Shown: positions 35,901-43,306 of the stretch, in pieces
Position numbering within the stretch: position 1 is the stretch's first letter
How the letters are laid out: each line of letters begins with the position of its first letter
Source: Lama guanicoe
Lineage: Eukaryota
Assembly (NCBI GenBank): GCA_013239625.1
Contig: MU053416.1
Coordinates: forward strand, 3,122 to 46,427
Reading direction: 5' to 3'
Length of the DNA stretch: 43,306 nt
Program-made: the position numbers and the translations under genes
The notes under the pieces: generated by a model
Database searches by the model: none
The model's input: the letters and a program-made list of their open reading frames with translations, nothing else
Told to the model about the DNA's origin: nothing

Positions 35901-38311
35901 TCCTTGTCAGAGTTACACTTGCTGATGGTATCCTGTGCCAAGTGCAAGCAGATGCGGTTCAGAAGCTTCCCGGAGCCTGACTCCGGGGATTCCTTCTCCG
36001 TCGCAGCTGTGAGGGAGCATTGCCTTTCCTGACCACAACCACAGAGGCGATTTTAAATCTCTGAAAACTGCCATACCAGTGTATATCACAACCCCTACAA
36101 TATATGTTGAATAAAGTAGAAAACTTAAAGTGTCTCCTTTAGGATAGAAATAGGATATAAAATAAACCATGATTTAAAAAATTCTAGTGCCAAAATAAGT
36201 GCTACATTACAGTGGCTGCATTATTATGTTAGACAACTTCATTACCACTTTTCATACCACATCTTGTATTTAGATTTTATTAATCTTTATTTTCCCTAAA
36301 GAAAAAAAATCATTTGATGGGTTCTTGTGTCCGAGGTGACGAGCAGAGAGCAAGTGTAAAACCAGGAATCATGATGCTGGTCAGTCTAAGATCAGCTCCG
36401 TCACTGCACAGGTCTTTACTCATTTTACTGCACTTTTTGGAATCACCTTCTTATTTGGAAAAATCCCTGTGTCAGTTAGATTTGTTAGTACAACAATCCT
36501 TTTTCCTACCATTCCTACAGCTGATGTTTTCAAGATGATAAAAAAAATTTGCCCATGGCATTTAAACAGTTGCTTGTTCTTGTAATTCATGGCTCACAGT
36601 CTCGTATTTGTCACAACTGGAGAACTGTGTTTTCTTTGTGCAAATTCTCATTGCTTTGGTGACACAGGGACACGTGTCTTTACTGGATGGAGTATGATAG
36701 TAGTTGCTTGCATTCTCTCCCTAAATCTGGACTCCTGTGTTGTTTCCTGTTAACTTAAAAAATAGGAATATTGTTATTTACCTAAATAGCTAACATCACA
36801 CCAGTGATGCGTATCAAATTGGTCCAAATAGGAATTCCAATATTAAATGAGACAGTAATTTCACAACCCACTGTTCCAAAAATTTGGATTGGTGGTTCAA
36901 TTATACCAGGGACATTAGCTGTTTTAATTGAATCAATCATTGCTTTCTTCAATAAAAGTTTCCATTCCATCTGCTCTTTTGGTTTATTGTTCTTCAGTGT
37001 TTCATTTGTTTCTTTCCCAAATATATATGATTTTTGCTTTTGTCATTGAAAATCATTGCTGGTTTTGCTACCTCATGCTGGAGAGGAAGCCTTGTGAGTG
37101 TTTTATAGTCACTGAGTTCATGGTTGTATGAGTGCTTAATGCCACCTTGCAGGGGTGTGCAGAACTAATGTAGTGTGTACATAAAAGGTTTAGTCTACAC
37201 TGAGTGTAGGGGTAAGTGTTAGCAGCTCATGTCATCAGTATCATAATTAATCCATTCCAATCATCCTCTTTTAATCAGTGTTATCCTTCTAACGTCTCCA
37301 GGAGAGGAAATGTAGTATTCTAAATGCAAATCTTTGCCAAATTTTTAGTCAATTCAACACCTTTAAAGCTTTGCTGTCAATAGGACTGTGTGCCTGCTAT
37401 CCCTACTTCTGCTCCTCCTGACCGAGGACGAGGTCTCCACGGCTGATGATCCACAAGACACTGGATTCTTTGTCCCATGGCTCTGTGTGTTCTGGGACAT
37501 CTGGGGACTTCAGCACTGTTTTAGGTGCTTAGGGTCCCAGCTCTTCATAGCATTGCTGAGATGAGATCTGTGCGTTCACCCTCATTCTTGGGTGTACAGT
37601 GCATTTTTCTAGAACCAACACACGGCACCATGGCAGCACTGCTTTGACCATGTGCTGGGACAGTGAGTGCTTGTCAGTTCTTGGGTTTAAAATTTTCTGT
37701 TCCAATTTCTAAAATGGGGTAGATTGACAGATACACTCTATGGAAACAGAAGCTCTGTGGGGTTTTCAGCAACTTCTAAGAGCGTAAATATTCCTGAAGC
37801 ATCTAACCTTCCTCCCAACAAGTGAGCAAGCCGGCAAGTCCTGGGTGCCTGTGGCGGTCAAGCTGTGCAGCCCAGGCTGCTCACTCAGGCGCAAGGAGGA
37901 AAACTTAAAAACCTATTTCCATGTTGTCTTTCACAGAATCTCAGAACTGAATGTTTTAATATCTAAGTAGGGGTGATTATTTTTTAATAAATTATTTTAA
38001 TTTTTCCTTTGTCAGTTTTATTAGGTAGAATTATTAGTTCAACTCCACATACACTTATTGCATGTAAATACATGTATAGAGTATACTGCATTTTTTAGTT
38101 TACATATATGTACTAATTATTGTTTCTAAGAACAGATTAGAGCTTTAGATTTTTAAACTTACATAGTTACCAGAGGAATAAAGCCAACTACAAAAGAATA
38201 ATAAACAGAATATGGTAATCCAATCACAAAGGACTGTCAGATGTGCTTACACATATTCAAGAAATCAAAGTAATAGTTAGTTCATTTGTGGTCTTATTAT
38301 TATTGCTATTA

Positions 38312-38516
38312 ATTTTAGATTCCTCATAAATGAAGTCATATGGCATTTTTCTTTCTCTTTCCACCCCACTTCACTTAGAATGAGTGTCTTCAGGTCCATC
38401 CATGTTGCTGCAAATGGCATCTTTTGTGGCTGAGTAGTATTCCATTGTATATATGTATCACATCGTCCTTATCCAGTCATCTGCTGATGGACACTTGTGT
38501 TGTTTCCATGTTCCTT
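38312..38516 (-). mobile_element. L1 3' fragment (end of ORF2), antisense
   Basis: Reverse complement is similar to ~9130-9325 of the full-length L1 (catgttgctgcaaatggc, gtggctgagtagtattccattgtata). Confidence 0.85.
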
Positions 38517-38874
38517 GTTCGATGTCCCTTCTGGCAACAATTACTGATTTTAAATATTTTCCATCTTAAGATCCTTCCTGAAGGAGATGTGGTAACAGGA
38601 ATCAAAAACAGTTACAGCACAGGGCTGTGTGTGATGAGCCCTGAGGGCTTGGTAGAAAGGTTGGCAGAATTTCAGATTCTGATCAAATGATTCCACCTCT
38701 TGTAGCCCTGCTGACCGCCTTTCTCACTGCCTGCCCTACAAGTCTGACCAGTTCCTTCTGTGAATCCCACTGTATTGTGCACAAATTTTGTCCAATTGGT
38801 GTCATCCAGCAGGGACCTTAGGTGAGGCATCTAAGCTCCTGTATTGGTTTCTTCCATCAGCCCTTAACTTCCTT

Positions 38875-38955
38875 GGGAGCCAGGACTGTCTCATTGCCCC
38901 AAGGATCCCTAATGCCTAGTGAGATGCCTGATACAGCTGGTACTTAATGAGCACA
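38875..38955 (+). mobile_element. Probable L2 3' end
   Basis: ggactgtctc...tgcctag...tgcctgataca...gtacttaat resembles the L2 terminus. Confidence 0.45.
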
Positions 38956-38989
38956 TGGGTCAAATGGAAAAACCTGATCAAAGAAAAGG

Positions 38990-39200
38990 CCCTCATTTTT
39001 CAGACATGCCTACTTGAGTACATAGGGTAAAATGACATGTCTTCTGGGATTTGCTGTCAAATACTTCAACAAAGGACAAGGAAAACAACAAAGGTCTGAA
39101 TAAAGGAAATATGGAAAAGTTTGTGAATTCCTTAATCTGGGTGATGGGCCTATTGTACTATACTTATTGATGTATACTTAAGTTGTTTTATAATTTTACT
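38990..39200 (+). mobile_element. Probable ancient L1M (L1ME/L1MD-type) 3'UTR fragment
   Basis: ggtaaaatgacatgtcttctgggatttgct...aatctgggtgatgggc pattern. Confidence 0.5.
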
Positions 39201-40727
39201 ATCATTAGCTGAATAGCAAGTATTAATTCATATTAATTGAAATCCTTAGAGCTGACCAAACTTATCCCACACAAAAACCTTAATGTCCTAGTAGTCTGTC
39301 TTACTGAAATCTTTTCCCACAAAGACAGGAAAAAAGGGAAAGACAGATCCATGCACCATTTCCACGTTGTCAAAAGACCAAAGACTGACACAAAAGAAGA
39401 GATTGTAAAAAAGATAAAGAGGCTGAAATCAATGTCCTGAAAACCTAGCTAAGAATTCTAAACGGCCCAACTTAACTAACCTCAGCACTGAGGCATCAAG
39501 AATGGGGCAAATAGCACCTAGTGGATTTTTTTTTAATAAATAAATAATGACCCAGTTCCTACCACAGGCAATTATGATAAGACTGAGTATATCTTCTAAC
39601 ACCAAATAGTGTACAAATCATAAATTCTACTTGATTCAAACTGCTTCTTCTATAAATTCTGAATCTTTTTATTAAGACAGATTTGTGGCATATGACCTAG
39701 TGATAAAATTTTCAACTCGCTTGTATTCAAAAATTTCACCAATGTGAGTTTATTACATCAACTATTGTTTTTGGGAAACCCATGTGCCTTGTCACTCTCT
39801 TTCATAAGATTTCCTGTGGAAAATTCAATTCCTCATTCAGGAAAAGGCTGAACAAAAGATCTGATGGAAAACCTTCATACACTGTAACACAAGAAAATGA
39901 AAATGACTGTGAGCAGCCCGTGAATCCGGCAGACACACACAGCTCACGGCTGTGTTCTATCCTCGACTTTCTGTAACTAGAAGGGAAAATGTGCATTTCA
40001 AGAAATAGACATAAACTCTTTTCAGGACCTGAGCACACAATTTCCCTTTCAGGAATTAGTGGGCTTCCATTTAATTATGAGAAATGTTTAAAACAACAGA
40101 GCAACAGCTGAGATAGGGTTTAAAGTAACTTTTATGTCTTAGTGAAAATAAAGCCACCTGATAGTTAACATGTTTACTTTATTTAATCTCACTCTCTTAC
40201 GTTACCTCCACAACCTCCTTCACAAAATGATGGTGAACATCCTCTCCTGGATCAGAAGGCTAAGTAGAAAGTACCAATCACATGGAGGAGTGCTTTGTTG
40301 TTTTATTTTTCAAAAGAAACATGTTTCATTCATGAGATTTAATAATTAAGATCAAGGAACAAACTCTATTCAATAAATGGCTGCCAACACATGTCATCAT
40401 AGCTGCTCATCAGGTTTGGCCCCACGTTACACACTTTTACATGGACATGTGCCATGTGCTGTCATGGGACACGGTGAGTGGGGATAGGGCCTCTGCTCTC
40501 AAAGGGCACACAGCCTGGTGGGGGAGGAGGTGTTCAATCATTGCCTTGTTTTTTAAATGAACTTACAAATTATGGAAAATACTATTTAAAGAGAAATGAG
40601 TCAATGAAAGTGAAAAATACAAGGACTGTATTTAGGCTTAGGGAAGACAGGGAACCTCTTTGAAGAGCTGACACTCCACTGAGACCGAAAGGACAATTCC
40701 GGTGCTGCAGGTGAAGGGTAGGGGCAC

Positions 40728-41708
40728 ACTGATAAAGGGCTGATATCCAGAATATACCAAAATGTCTTTAAACTCAACAAGAAGAATGAATAACCTGATT
40801 AAAAAATGAGCAAAATGCCTGAACACACACCTCATCAAAGAAGAATTCTAGATGCCAAAGAAATCTATGGAAAGATGCTCCACAGCATCTGTCATCAAGG
40901 GGATGCAGACTGAAACAGCGAGGTACCACTGCACAGCTGTCAGAACTGCCAAAACGCAGAACACTGACAGCACCGAATGCTGGTGAGGATGTGGAGCGAC
41001 AGGAATTCTCATGCACTGTTGGTGGGAATGTAAAATGGCCCAGATACTTTGGAAGATGATCTGGCAATTTTTTACAAAACTAAATGTACTCCTACCATAT
41101 GATCCGGCAACTGTGCTCCTTGGTGTTTACTCGACGAAATGGAAGCTCAAGTCCACACACAAACCTGCATGCAGATGTTAATAGCAGCTTTATTCATAAT
41201 CACCAGAACTCGGAAGCAACTAAGCTGTTATTCAGTAGGTGAATGGATAAATAATCTGTGGTCCAGCCAGAAAATTGACTATTATTTTGTGCTAAAATGA
41301 AATGAGTTTTCAAGGCATGGAAAGACATGGAGGAACCTTAAATGCATATTACTAAGTGAAAGAAGCCAATTTGGGAAGGTTCTGCAACTGTCTGATTCCA
41401 ACTGTATGGTGTTCTGGGAAAGGCAAAACCACAGATACTAAAAGATCAGTGGCTGTCAGAGGTTAGAGGGGAAGGAGCAATGAATGAGGTGCAGCACGGA
41501 GCACTTTTAGGGTCACTAAGATTACTCTGTATGATGCTGTGGTGTTGGATATGTGTCATTATACATCTGTCCCAACCCAGACTGCACACCACTAAGCATA
41601 AATCCTAGTGTCATGTATGGGCTCTGGGTGATGATGACGTGTCAGTGTAGGTTCACCCATTGTCACAAATGCAAGCTCTGGTGCAGGTGTCAATAGTGAG
41701 GAGGCTGT
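40728..41708 (+). mobile_element. Old L1M (L1MC-like) 3' part: ORF2 end and 3'UTR
   Basis: gataaagggctgatatccagaatata, tgctggtgaggatgtggag, ggtgggaatgtaaaatgg, ctaagtgaaagaagcca and gggtgatgatgacgtgtcagtgtaggttca. Confidence 0.88.
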
Positions 41709-41903
41709 GGGGACAAACTGCAGTTCACAACCCCAATCCAGCCCCAGCCACCACTGTTAATAAAGCTCTGTGGGTGTGTGGACTGTCCGGCTGCTCTGGC
41801 ATCTGAACAGCAGAGCTGAGAAGCTGCACCAGAGATCAGGAGGTTTGCAGACCCTGAAATATTTACTCCCAAGCCCTTGACAGAAAAAGTCTGCTGAGCC
41901 CTG
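41709..41903 (+). mobile_element. MER58A-like hAT-Charlie non-autonomous DNA transposon
   Basis: caaact...aataaag...cagagctgagaagctgc...gaaatatttact...ccttgacagaaaaagtctgctgagccctg matches the MER58A layout and terminal inverted repeat as recalled. Confidence 0.75.
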
Positions 41904-42066
41904 TTCTGCACGAATCAGAATTCACCCTGATGAGACAGGACAGCAGGGCCCAAACCAGGCATGGTTAATGGGACTGAAGCAATGTTTTAGTTCCAACACC
42001 TTTGCTGAAATCCTGCAGGTCCAGAGACAGACTGTAACCAGGAAGCGTCTGCAGAAGGAGTCGGTT

Positions 42067-42193
42067 TCAGGCCTTCCCGCCAGGCTCCGGGATGCCGGGG
42101 GCCGCGCGCTTGAAGAAGGTGGACTTGCAGTGGAAGCCGATTAACTCAGAGCTCGAAGAGGATGCTGCACTGCTGAATTCTCTCCTCGGAACA
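42067..42193 (-). other. Candidate terminal exon of an unidentified minus-strand gene
   Basis: Polypyrimidine acceptor (ttgcttttctccctgtgcttcag|TGT) followed by CpG-rich sequence. Possible readings are CSEERIQQCSILFEL* or VPRREFSSAA...GGKA*. The product is not recognised. Confidence 0.25.
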
Positions 42194-43306
42194 CTGAAGC
42201 ACAGGGAGAAAAGCAACAAGCATCTGAACAAAACATGTAAGTGAAAAAAGATACGTAAAAATGGTTTTCCCATAAAACAGTGACCTGATGACACAAGAAG
42301 GAAGAGAAAGTCTGACTTAGCACACTGACGGGACCGGATGCAGAAACGCAGGGAAGCAGCGCTGTGCAGACGCTCCAGACCCCCTCCGGGCCCCACCTCT
42401 CCGCGTTCCGCCTGTCCTTTTACTAGAAAGGCCCATATTCCCTGAAACAGAGGAATCTGCTACCTAAACATGAGACACAGAGAAGGGAAAGAGGAAAAGG
42501 AAGGCAAAGTAAAGGAACAACACTTCATCTAGTCCCTAGGGTTTGGGCGGGACTTTCACCAAACACACAACTTCTCAAAGCACAGAGCGCGCAGTGAGAG
42601 GCTGACAGAGTGACTGCCACTTCTGCTCCTTAAGCACCAGCTACCTGCCAGCACACGCTGCGCCCCTTACTGAATCATTACAATCACCTCAGAAACTATT
42701 ACTACCCCGGCTCACAGGCAAGGAAATCTGAAACTCGGGGAGGAATTATTATCATCCTGGACAAAGTCCCACAGCCCAGAAGTGTCAGAGCCTCTGGCAG
42801 ACCCTGGACTAAAATGCTCCTCATCACCACGGGCCCTGAGCCTCAGGCTGAGGCCGCATCATGTCTGCACGGGCCCAGAGCACGAGTCTGTGGGACACGG
42901 AATGTTCCCACTCGAAGTGCCAGGCCAGGACCCTCAGGAACCTATGAAATGAAACCAAATCCCCAAACTCATTTCCACCCCACTGCCCTGTCCGGGAGGA
43001 CTGCTCGGCACATCTGTGCTGTCACCTGTGCACAGGCTGAGCAAGGGCCCAGACAGTGACGTGACATCCCAGTAGAAGTGTCTTGGAGACCACTTCATCA
43101 CAAGACAGACTCTCCCGGATTCCAACGCTAACTGTCCATTCCATTTCCAACTGGAAATAAGTTTAGACTTGTTTTACTCAAAGAGTCTCCATCTGGAAGG
43201 ATAGGCCGGGGAGGGAACAGAGACAGGGATCAGAAAGACCCGTGTTCCAGTCCGAAGTCTGCACGTCACTCACTTTGACAATTTCCTTATTAATACAGGT
43301 CAGGTG

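Noticed and set aside
35913..36170. GVVIYTG resembling a P4-ATPase (ATP9/ATP11) motif
   Set aside because: The following residues do not continue the family pattern (ET..K/R..N), the frame stops, and no other ATPase exons are seen.

Overview
Mammalian genomic DNA, probably camelid (judged from recalled L1 3'UTR and LTR families, not from a search). No intact protein-coding gene is recognisable. The left 25.6 kb is a dense repeat mosaic. (1) A full-length but decayed LINE-1 (2678-~9640) whose 17-bp target-site duplication closes only at 10800-10816, so the insertion carries a ~1.1 kb 3' transduction. (2) A decayed class III endogenous retrovirus resembling HERV-S (gag-pro-pol, an internally deleted env, PPT and 3' LTR; 5' LTR missing; ~13243-18725). 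(3) A ~4.85 kb diverged tandem array of ~240-bp monomers arranged as a 4-monomer (~960 bp) higher-order repeat. (4) A doubly truncated L1 ORF2 piece that shares inactivating lesions with the full-length L1. (5) About four copies of a second ~248-bp satellite. The right 17.7 kb is ordinary intronic or intergenic sequence with old repeats (MIR, L2, L1M, MER58, a MER41-like LTR) and a few weak exon candidates. I do not see evidence for a new enzymatic system. The most notable signals are the L1 transduction, the env-deleted ERV-S-like provirus, the higher-order satellite, and the satellite-L1-satellite junction. All family names come from recalled consensus sequences and need RepeatMasker/Dfam confirmation.
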